A stretch of DNA of 64,000 nucleotides from Utricularia gibba. Lineage: Eukaryota > Plantae > Magnoliophyta. Below are positions 27,101 through 38,200 of the stretch, one piece after another. Under the pieces are notes generated by a model. The model was not told the origin of the DNA and did not search any database. It was given only the letters and a program-made list of their open reading frames with translations. Numbering within the stretch: the stretch's first letter is position 1; each line of letters starts with the position of its first letter. The position numbers and the translations under genes were made by a program. The stretch is taken from the NCBI GenBank assembly GCA_002189035.1, contig NEEC01000011.1, forward strand, positions 1,860,001 through 1,924,000. The letters are read 5' to 3'.

Positions 27101-27519
27101 CTGAAAAAAAAGTCCAGAAAAGATAGGCGATTTCTAAGGAGGTGGTGACAGCAGTGGCGTACCAGTTGCTCTCCCGGTCGATTTGCTCGAACTCGATCCC
27201 CCGGTCGACGATCCGGGTCTTTCCGGTGGCGGTCCGGTAGCGGGAGTAGGATATCCATATCTGGTTGTGGATGGCTCTGGAGAGGAGAAAGGGGATTATC
27301 AGCAGGTTGGAGTAGTCCCTCTCGTTCTTCCCGCAGGTCGCCAGATGGTGGAGGCTTTGAACTGCCCACGGCGCCAGAACCAGGTACTAGAAAGTTGGAA
27401 ACAAGAATGACTGTGAATCCAGAGAAGACAGAGAGAGAGAAGAAGAAGAAGAGGGATACCTTGAATCTGCCGAGCTTTTCCCATGGCCATTCAGTGAGAA
27501 GCCCTGGTTTTGACGCCAT
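24163..27519 (-). CDS. CER1: Very-long-chain aldehyde decarbonylase (wax alkane synthesis)
   Basis: MASKPGLLTEWPW, His boxes YYWLHRALHHHFLYSRYHSHHHSS and FHSLHHTQFRTNY, C-term ENWLPRRAMSAWRVAGILHALEGW; GC-AG intron 24998-25070. Confidence 0.94.
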
Positions 27520-29129
27520 AGTTTGTCTTCCTGAGCATGTACCCCCCTGCAGAGCCCAAGTATATAAATAACGTTAGAAACCAGGGGTCGTGTATTTTGT
27601 GCAAAATTTTTGAAAACTGTTTTTATTTTTTAAAATTAGAAATAATAATTAAAATTAATTAACTACTTACTTTTCAAAATTAACTTTTGTAGTATAAATT
27701 TAAATTTTTTTTTGATATAATTAATTTTAAAATTAAAATTGTTTTAGAATAAAATTATTTTTATTTTAAAAAAATAAAATTAGATTTTAAAAATTTTCCA
27801 AAATACTTATTAAGTTTACTTTACTAAGTTTTTTAGTTTACTTTAACAATTGACTGAAATGAATAGAAAAATCATAGAAAAAACATAAAATGAGGTTTCC
27901 TTACGGAAGTCTTGTGTTACTTGCGAAAATGAGATTTCCTTATTTCGGTTTACATACAGTGCAATTTCTCCAAATTACTGATTTTCATAAAAGTAATAAT
28001 AATTTTCGAAATGCCACATTCATCGAAAATCACTAAAGATATTCTAAAGAACGTGAAGATCAAGTCATAGCACAACATCACGCATGCATTTTAATACATT
28101 ACAACATCACATACCAGGTTGTATAATTTGTTTGATTAAACTTTGTTCTGATAAATTTTTAGGTGCTATTTTTAATTATATTTTTATCAAAAAATAATTT
28201 TATACAAAACACTTCATAGCTTTATTCTCGGTACCTAGACAAGATTGGAGCTCAGCCATTAAGAGTTCGTGAGGGATTTTGTCAAAGCAACTGACTTTTT
28301 GTTTATATTTTTGATAAAAATAAATTTTGGATGTAGTTAAAAAAAATTAGAATTAAAAATAATTAAATGATTAATTTCACTTTTCATTTTTATTTATAAC
28401 ATCAAATTCCCGAAAAATATTTTTTTCTCCACAATTTCGGTTACTGCAATTTTTCCATAACACTCTTTTAAAGTACCTTGTTATTTTTTTACATCGTAAG
28501 ATATCAAATCTTGGTCACAATTTGAGCATAGATGATCCCCACATGAATCCCAACATTATAATAAGGATAATATGATTGTATTCTCTCCTTCATTGTTTTT
28601 TTCTATTAATAAATAAAATTTTGAGTATAACATTTGGAATGACATCTATTTTATATAATTTTTCAAAATATTGAATGGAAAAGCTGTGTGCTCGTATTAG
28701 TAAAAATAATTAAATACATAATTCTATCATGTCCATTTAATAACTTATAAATTATACATTATTCAATATTTTCTATGATGATTATTGAAAATGTTGTTAT
28801 TTCTTTGAATGTAAATAGCTAGCTATTTTGATTTTTGGTAACATTACTCGTATAATAATCTTTGAGCACATTCATCTCATATTGTTTCCATTATGTGGGC
28901 AAGTTGCTACTGTACCCTCCTGTATTCTATTTAAATGTTGTTGTTTTTCTAATTATCAATCATATATATTTTAATAATAGTTTAATACACCTTATGATAA
29001 AATTTTCTTATAAACTACTTAATTAATAATTATTCTTTAAATAATATTCTCTCCAAAATGCATTTACCTTTTTCGAATTATTAGAAAAAAACAATCCTAT
29101 ATGAAAACTTAAAAAATGAACTAATAAAG

Positions 29130-32100
29130 TATATAATAAATTTCATACTATTAATAATTGATTATATCTAATTTTTTCTAATGTGATTTAAATTTCTTTC
29201 GGATCTTTAATTTCAACATCACATCCATTTGTTTTGCAGCATAGGTTGGATGGCCAAAATAGGTTTTGTATTAGTCTGAATTCTGATTAAAAAAACGATG
29301 AGATGATTGGGCTTAGGTGACAACCTATAATTCAATTATTATTTACAATTATATAAAAAAATCAATTTGACAAAAAAAAAACCCAATCCAACTTGATTAG
29401 ACAAAATAATATCATATCAAGATTTAAAAATGAATTAATCAAATATATAAAAGATTATAAATTAATATTAATTGATTATATCTAATTTTTTCTAATATAA
29501 TTTATGTTTTTTATATAATTAATTTTTACGTGTACTCCTTTAATCCATTAACATTATTCATTTAAATATAAAAGTAATCTCGTCTTTATTTAGCATTGAA
29601 CAAATTAAAACATTGTATCACACAATGCCTTATTTCACTGAGTATTGATGATGAGGGCACTAGGGCTACATTAGGTTGTGGGAGAACCAAACCATGAATG
29701 CTGTTCACATCTCCTGGTAAAATCTTTTCAGTAGTGGGCACTGACACAGGTGAAGAAGAAGAAGATAAGGAAGAATGCTCCCAAAGTTTAGCAGCAGCAG
29801 TGTTCCATTAATGTTGATGACCCAGAGGAAGGTAGAAACAGAAACAGGCTGGCTGTATGTCAAGAGCGGAGTCCACCTCCAGCTGCGCAAGGCATAAACA
29901 ACTGTTCTGCCCACCGGCGTCGGAATCTGTAGCCCACCAAATTGCACCTGCCGTGGAAGTCATTCAACCGGAGCCCCACTCATAATTTCTAGGAAAAGAC
30001 AGCGGGCACATGTTCTGCAACTCGCCACAGCCGTTGCATGTGTTCTGTTCTCTTCTACCTTCCAGGGGCTGCTGCGGCTCCTGCTCCTGCATTAAAATAG
30101 CACATGGGGTGGCGGCTATGCAAAAGAAGAAAAAAAAAAAACAAAATGCTTACGACTTCTGTTTAGATGTTTACGGTGATGAAGTAAAATGAGTTGGAAA
30201 AACGAAGATAATAAGGTATGTGTGTTATGTTGTGTTCTGAAAATTTTTTTAGATTTATTTTTATTTTTTAAAAATAAAAATGATTTTTTTCTACAATAAT
30301 ATTAATTGTAATTAATTTTATCAAAAAATACTTTTAAAATTATATTATAAAAATTACTTTTAGAAAAATAATGAATAGATTACTTTTATTTTTTATTTCT
30401 ATTTTTCTAAAATAATTTTGAAAATTAAAAATAGTTTCTAAAAATTTTCAATTTTTTGGAAAAATATTTTAAAAATAATTTTATCATCACTTATGGTTTA
30501 CAAAATTTAATAATTTTGAAGTACTTTATATTTTTTAAGAAATTAAAAAACATTTGCGGTGGTGGGCACGGTCACCAGTGGCGAGCGGGGTGAACCTACT
30601 CGCGGTACACCCATGGCGCACGCCGAATTGGAAAAAGAAGTTAGAGTTTTAAATTAAAGATTAATTTCATCATTAATATAAACAATGAAAATTGTTTTTG
30701 TTTGATTTTCAAATAGAGTAAATTAATTATAAATAATTTTTAAAACAATAGGAATTAAAACATTGTTTTTAAAAACTAGGTATATCATTTTAGGGACTAT
30801 TGACGTGATTTTCCCGTATGCACACACAAACCCTCTTGGAATGTATTAAATGACATACTTATAAGAAAGCAATCAAATGTGTATATTGCATAGTTGTATC
30901 ACATGGTTGCAAGTCCTAATCATACGTGCTGATGCATCGTGGCTTCAATAACCGCATTTGCCGTTGTTATGCAAAACTGAAAAAAAAAAGAGGTTTAACA
31001 TCTGGACTTTTTCTAGAAAAACCCATCAAAGTACTGATCTCGCTTAACACATACTTGATTTTGGAATTCTATCAGAATTCAAGTTTATGAAATGACAATA
31101 CATGGCGATTTACCAAGTTTATGGAGAAGTAATTGTTGAAATTTAGGATCAAATGGGTTGATCGAGTGCATTGTGAAGTCCAATTATATAAGAAACATGA
31201 TTTATATTAAAATTGATATATAATTTTTTATATATTTGACTATATCACTTTCAAATTTCGATATGGAATTATTTGTTTTAATACCTGACCTCAAATCAAA
31301 TTGGCCTTTTATCTGGTTAATATTTGTTTTTTTATTATAGTTAGTGCTTAAGTCATAGATCCGTCTAATTTTTTATTACTTAAGTCCAATGTATTGTCTT
31401 GTTTTTTTTTTGTTGTTAACCAAACCTCATATTGGTATGAAACTCATCTTGACCACCCAAACCATGCTGCAAGGCAAACATTCTGATAACATGTTGAGAT
31501 TCGGGATTCGATAAATCGAACGAGTACATGTGAAATACAAGAAACATGAATCACATTAAAAAAAATTAAACCTAAATAATTAGTAATGATCTATAATTTT
31601 TTATATATTTGACTGTTTCATTTTTATATTATGATGTGTGATAGTTTGTTATAATAGGGATTACGTTAATGCGGTGTTGCCCAACCCTAGGCCCCTTGCT
31701 TGTTTTACACAAGTCAGAGTAGCAGAAACAACAAGAGGCATGAATTGAAACTACGCATAAGTGAAGGAATAGAATCATTCGCTTGTGAAGTATTGAGTCC
31801 ACATCAAACACAAAAGATGGGATTTAAGAGTTTTCTTTCAATGAGGAAAACGATGCTCCTGTGGGCTCTTAGTTAAACTATTAGAATACACAATTTCATA
31901 TCGGTAAATTGATTTGAAATAATCAAATATATAAAAAACTATAAATCACAAGTAATTGATTGAATTTAATTTTTTCTACTGTGATCTACGTTTTTTGTAT
32001 ATTTAGGTTTCACGTGTGCGCTCATCCGATGTATCAAATCCTGAATTTCAATATGGTTTCAGAGCATTTGCCTCACGGCACGGGTTGGGTGGCCAAGATA

Positions 32101-32690
32101 GGTTTCGTTCTGGTATGAACTTCGGTTAAAAAAAAAGAATAAGAAGATGCATTGAACTTAGACGATAAAAAATTATATTAATTTATGATCCGAACACTAA
32201 CTACAATATATTTAAATATAGATTAAGTTAGCATACATTATATTTAAATATATAATAAAAATGAATTATATTAAAAAATTCAATAAAATCAATTATTAAT
32301 AATTTATAATTTTTTATATATTTGATTATTTTACTTTTATTTTTTAATATCAGATTATTTGTTCTAATACTCATCATCAACTTAAACTTGCTTTCAATTT
32401 GATTAAGACTTGTTTTTTTTCGTATGATTATAAATAGTGATCAATTTAAATTTTATCTTCTAAATTTAATGTATTTCCTTGTTTTTTGTGTTAACCAGAA
32501 CTTAAATTTGCATAAAATTCATTTTGACTACTCAAGTCGTGATGTGAGTCAAATGTTTTGATATTATATTAAAATTAAGAATTTGATGAATCGATCGATT
32601 ACATATAAAACCTAAATATATAATAAATATGGATAATATTATAAAAAGTTAAACTCAACTAATTACTAATTATTTATAATTTATTATATA
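29130..32690. repeat. Cluster of decayed dispersed AT-rich repeats (probable TE remnants)
   Basis: 29210-29330 resembles 32045-32170; motif ATAATTTTTTATATATTTGAY near 31220, 31595 and 32305 (+) and near 31925 (-); 31260-31460 resembles 32350-32540. Confidence 0.55.
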
Positions 32691-33118
32691 ATTTGAATAT
32701 TACACTCTAATTTTCCATCCCACCACAGAGCTACTCGCAACACGTCGGCCTCCGTTGCACCTCCTTGTGTGAGATTCTCAGGTGAAACACAACGCCAGCC
32801 GGCTGTGGTGAATGCATTACAGCACGCCCATAAATCCTCCAGCAAAGTAATATCTTGTCTTGCACAACTATGCTTGCTTTTTTTTGCTTTAAGGAGGGAT
32901 GGGGAGTATCGTGTTGTATTGGTATTTATTAGCGAAAGGCAAAAGATTTGAAAACAAAAAGTCACGGTTCTCATGCAGGCATTGGCGTCAGCCAGCATCA
33001 TGACGAAGCTCCCACTTCTTCATCAGCATTCCACCAACACCCCACGTTTGCTTTACAACACTTGCTCTTCACATTTGGGTTTGATTTCGCTTCCCCGCAT
33101 AAGCACAAAATCCATTCG

Positions 33119-34975
33119 ATGGACACCTCCAACGGTTCCCCAAAATGGCCAGAGTTTCTTCGTCTTCATGTCCTTTCCTCGGAACTCAAAACGCAGCTCC
33201 CACTCGCCGCGCCCCTCGCCGCAATGAACTTGACTTGGTTCGTGAAAAACGCCATCACCACGGCGTTCCTCGGCCGCCTCGGTGACCTATCTCTCGCCGG
33301 AGCAGCCCTCGGTTTCACCTTCGGGAACGTGACGGGGTACTCGGTCTTGAACGGGCTCTGCGGCGCCATGGAACCGATTTGCGGGCAGGCTTTTGGTGCC
33401 AAGAATTTCAAGCTTCTTCGGAGGACGCTTTTCATGATGGTTTCTTTGCTTCTCGCGGTCTCGATCCCGGTGGCGATTCTGTGGCTGAATGCTGACAGCG
33501 TGCTCCTGTGGCTCGGCCAAGAGAGGGATATCGCATTGGTGGCCAAGGAGTATTTGGTGTATCTCATCCCCGATCTGGTTATGATTTCTTTGCTGTGCCC
33601 TCTGAAAGCTTATCTGAGTGCCCAAAGCATAACTCTCCCCATCCTCTTCAGCTCCGCCGTCGCAGCGGTGCTGCATATTCCGGTCAACATGCTGCTCTCC
33701 AGGTTCCTTTTGTTTTCATGGAATTGAGGTTTGTAGCGTTTAGTCATGGCCATAAGAACCGGTCCTATCCAACCACAGTCTTTCGAGCTATGACCGGTTC
33801 GATTTACTTCAAAAAAATTTATCTTTTTATATCAATTAATCAATTTTCAAAATTGAAGCGAAAGCCCTCCATTAATCCATTGTTGGTTTAGAGGTGTTTT
33901 AATATATTTTAATAATTTTTTTTAAAATTATAATATTTAATTTAAATAATTATTTTTTATAATATATTTACAATTTAATTCATTACCCGATTTTAAAAAC
34001 ATTGGTTTAGAACAGCGTGGGATCATTGAAATCAATTTGCCTGTCTGAAGTGTGTCGTTGTGTCCGTACTGTGTTAAGAGTGTTACAGCAGCATTTGTTT
34101 TTTCATGTATTTTTCTTTTTTTCGAAATTCATGGACATATTCCTGGAACAGGTCGAAAGGTCTGTACGGCATATCAATGGCCGTGTGGATTACGGACTCG
34201 ACAATCGTGATTTCCCTGGCATTATACGTCTTCATATCGGAAAAATGGTCGGAAAAGCGTTGGTGGGTGCAAGAAACCGGCGAGTGGATTCAGCTGCTGA
34301 GGCTCGCCGGCCCCTGCTGCCTGACCACCTGCCTGGAATGGTGGTGCTACGAGATCCTCATGCTCCTCACCGGCCACCTCCCCAACGCCAAACAATCCGT
34401 CGGAGCATTAGCCATTGTGCTCAACTTCGATTACCTGATCTTCTCCTTCATGCTCTCTCTGGCCACCTGTGCATCCATTCGTGTCGCCAACGAGCTCGGC
34501 GCATTTAGACCCAGAGCCGCCTTCTTGTCCGCCTGCTTCTCACTCACTCTCAGTGTAGTTTTTGGGTTTCTCGGGGCGCCACCATGGTCGCGGCGAGAGG
34601 GCAATGGGGGAAACTGTATACCCATGACAAGGGAATCATTGGAATAGTTAAAAGGACGATGATGGTGATGGGGTTTGTGGAGGTTATTAACTTTCCGGTG
34701 GCCGTCTGCGGCGGGATAGTTCGGGGACGGCGAAGCCGCTGCTGGGGACGTACGCCAGCGTGTCTGGTTTTTACTTAGTGGCACTTCCGCTGGGGTGTGT
34801 ATTGGGGTTGAAGATGAATCTGGGCTTGTGGGGGTTGCTGATGGGGCTTTTGGCTGGAATAGTGGTTTGCTTGGTGATACTTCTGGTGTCCGTCTGGAGG
34901 ATTGACTGGGAGGCGGCGGCGCGTGAGGCACAAGATGTAGTTGCCGATGCATCGGATGGGGGTCATGATGACTGA
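33119..34975 (+). CDS. DTX56: MATE/DETOXIFICATION transporter, DTX56 type; two apparent frameshifts in G runs
   Basis: LAAMNLTWF, GAMEPICGQAFGAKNFKLL, GPCCLTTCLEWWCYEIL, NFPVAVCGGIVRG, SGFYLVALPLG; intron about 33703-34148; frame breaks at 34573-34576 and 34723-34726. Confidence 0.88.
33893..34001. mobile_element. Possible tiny MULE-type insertion in the MATE intron
   Basis: 109-bp AT-rich insert flanked by a 10-bp direct repeat TTGGTTTAGA (33883-33892, 34002-34011); TIRs only weak (TGTTTT/AAAACA). Confidence 0.35.
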
Positions 34976-35270
34976 GTGCTGATTGCTACAAGCTGCCTGT
35001 TACAAAATAAGATTCAACAGAAAGGCTTGAAACAAGTCTCGATGAGTGGGATCTTATCCTCCACAAATGTCTAATTACCCATACAGCATAATAAAAATGG
35101 ACACAAAACTTTCAACTTGCTGTAAAACTCCATCAAGAAACACATCAACGAAAGCTGACAAACTACACATGTTCCTAAAAACATCATGCTAAGGCATCGG
35201 TCACATCCAACCACATCCCCAGCCAAACATTTTATCAAAAATGTCGATTACCTTCGGATGATGCACATCT

Positions 35271-38200
35271 CTACTTCCAGGTTGTCTCTTGAAGTTTTTT
35301 CCTCAAGGACCTAAAGCTGCTTTGTCCTTTTTCAGACCAGCGCGCTGAGGCACTTCTTATCATATCAGCGACCAATGGAGAACTGAAGTTACTAGGTTCC
35401 CAACTGATCTCAAAATATTCTGTGGTCATAAGCATACTTAGCAACAGTTATTGAGAGATGCAGGCGGTCGGAAGTTATGTTAAAATATAGTTTTACCTGA
35501 TGATGGAGGAAGGTTATAGTGTATCTTCAAGAATTTTGATGCTTTTCTATCTTTCTTGTGACATAGTATTCGTAGCAATGTGTGTGAATCTACACAGTAA
35601 TGCATAGCATGTTTTCTACTACCCACATCTGCAGAAATAGTATGGCTTGAATCCATGAGAGTCTGGATCAACGACTCTGTCTGTTTAAAAAAAAAACATT
35701 CAAATTAGTTTCCCAGATTGCAAAAATGATGCATCAAAATTTTAAGCGGTGGGATAATAAATCAGATACCTGCAGAGAGAATAGCTGCAGAATTTCACGG
35801 TATGATTTTGCGTCTTCCTCGATTACACAACGAGGGATGCCTTGTCCATCAGCAACAAACAAGTCCTTAAAATGTCCATTCAGAATGTAGTTGTCAGAAA
35901 CATTAATAATATCATAAATGCCATCTCGTATGTGTGCTCTGCAATCAATTCAACTCACCATCAACATGTTGAAATCTTCTTCAATTAATGGAATGTCTGA
36001 ATCAGAAAATGACCGAGTTGGCCCCCATCAAGCAGCACCCACATAAATCCCTCCTATTGCATTGAGTTGAAGAGTATCAAGATTGGAAATTGACTCTTCC
36101 CCCGCCCCCAACAAAGGAAAAGTCCTTACTTTTGATTCCTTCCAGATGCTCATCACCACAAGGTCTCTGATTGCATTGTCAACATATCCACAAACAACAT
36201 TGAGGACCTGAAAACCCACATATTATGAAATCAGAACTCCTCCAACTTCATCACTGAGCCTGTTTTCAAAGCTTATTAATAAGATTCTACGAGATAAGGC
36301 TTTGGATGCTCCTGCCGAGCACATGGTAACTAGTACATACGAAAATGGGAGCAAACAATGATGATCGCTAGTTGGGCATCACGCATCTGAAAATTATAAT
36401 GACAATGAGATTCACTAACATGCATGGAAGGGCTAGACCCAAAAAACCAGCTTTGATGAAAAAAGAACCAATCATGTATCGATTCAGGGAACCTACCTTG
36501 TAAACGAAGTATAAACAGGGCAGAATATTTGACACAAATCATAACTCATCCAATGACATTTTGTAAGTAAAAATCCAGTTTCAATTACAAATGCACGAGG
36601 GCATCTTTATATGTTTCTTTGCAAGAAACTAAAAAAGCAAGAACCTCAATAAAGCTAAAAAAAATAATAATAATAAAGCTAAACAATTTCTGTTACTTAC
36701 ACTGTCAATCTGTGGAAGGAAATTCTCTAAGCGGTTTCTTTCAACGTTGACATGATAAAGTTTAAGCAGGAAGGAGTCCCTCATATCCCAGAATACAATC
36801 TTGGCACCTAGAGATCCAAGGCAAAGAGACCGAGATGACAAGGCAGAACTTGTTTGGAGAAAGAAACGAAAACAAGTGTACAGGAGGTTTCATCATCTAT
36901 GACTTGATATTTGCATTCAACCTGCGAAGGGCGTTGACTCTCATATCAATGAAATCGAGCACCCTTTGTTACACAGGAACAGAGCATATTTCATAAATTT
37001 TTCATTTCAAGTGACAGCACCCCTTACAAACTTTAATGTCTGCAGAAATAATGAAGTATTTCTCTATTTATCAAATAGAAGATTTAAAATTGCTTGAAAG
37101 AATCAATTACTACTCAGATAAGAAAAGGTATTCTAGCATCAATCTAACACGAGCTATAAAAGCCTTAGGATAGAGCATGCCAACTAACCAAGGAATTCGC
37201 TTATCTTCTGAACGGCATTGCCAGCTGAGTTTTTGATGCAGTCGAGTGTTGCAACAAAAAGCTCAGAAACTGATTCAACAATACAATCCGTGGAATCTGA
37301 ATTCCCTGATCGTTTTTCCATTGCTAAAAAAGAGCTGTAATTAGTATCAGTAATAAAAAAAAATAGAGATAAATCATGCACCACTTCATGAACTCAAAGC
37401 AGTTGCTTTCCATCAAACACAAAGAAAACAGATTTTGTGCATATGTTCCATGCACCAACATACGGAGCTAAACCCTTGACCACAAGCCCAATGTACTCAA
37501 ATCAGAAAAAACCAGATGCGTCTAACACATGACACAATTAGAAAGTGATGACCAACATACACAAATAATAATCATCTTCCCAGATGGCCTAGGACCAATT
37601 AAACAGATTACACATGCGACATTTACTACCATGAGCCTTATTTTCAAGTTCAATAAACAAGCACTTTTTTCATTAAATTTTGATTCAAAGGAAACTTATT
37701 ACTTTAGAATGACACATAATCCAGATGAGTCAAAAAGTGGTCAGGTAATGGCAAGAGCTTATGAGTTCATGCACAAAATCTTTTAAAACTTCAAAAAACA
37801 TTATGCGCATGAAGAAACCTGGTTTAGAGTAACAAAGACTCACAGTATCTGAGCATTCTCTTTGAAGCGACAGACTGCCAGGACTTCAGAATGTTGTCTT
37901 CTAGCAAATCAATTTGTTTTTGGATATACTACAAAAACAAAAAAAAAATGCGGAAATGAGGAAAAAAGAATACAATGCATAATGACAATAACAAATACTT
38001 AAAAAGAGAACCACCAACTTGGATTAATTGAAAACGAAAGAAGTAGAAGCAGTAACCTGATATGTATTCAACCTAATGCACAACTTAGGAATTGTCAATT
38101 CATTCAGCCTTTTGTACATTGCATCATCCACTATCAAGTTCTCAGCCAATATTTTGTTTACAGCAGGAAAATTTGCTTCTTTGTAGCGGGTCAACGGAGG

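Noticed and set aside
27452-27459. CER1 intron 1 donor GTATCCCT as a U12 intron
   Set aside because: Deviates from GTATCCTT and has no TCCTTAAC-type branch site.
29860-29975. Partial resemblance to miR394 (GTCCACCTCC) and to miR319 precursor motifs
   Set aside because: Only about 10-nt matches, no full mature sequence, and no seed complementarity for a target or mimic.
30555-30632. tRNA or SINE
   Set aside because: The A-box-like TGGCGAGCGG is one base short; no B-box, cloverleaf or poly-A tail.
34431-34952. 173-aa minus-strand ORF
   Set aside because: Antisense shadow of MATE exon 2.
34573-36026. Programmed ribosomal frameshifting in DTX56/UNC-13
   Set aside because: No slippery heptamer or stimulatory structure; three identical homopolymer losses are better explained by sequencing error.
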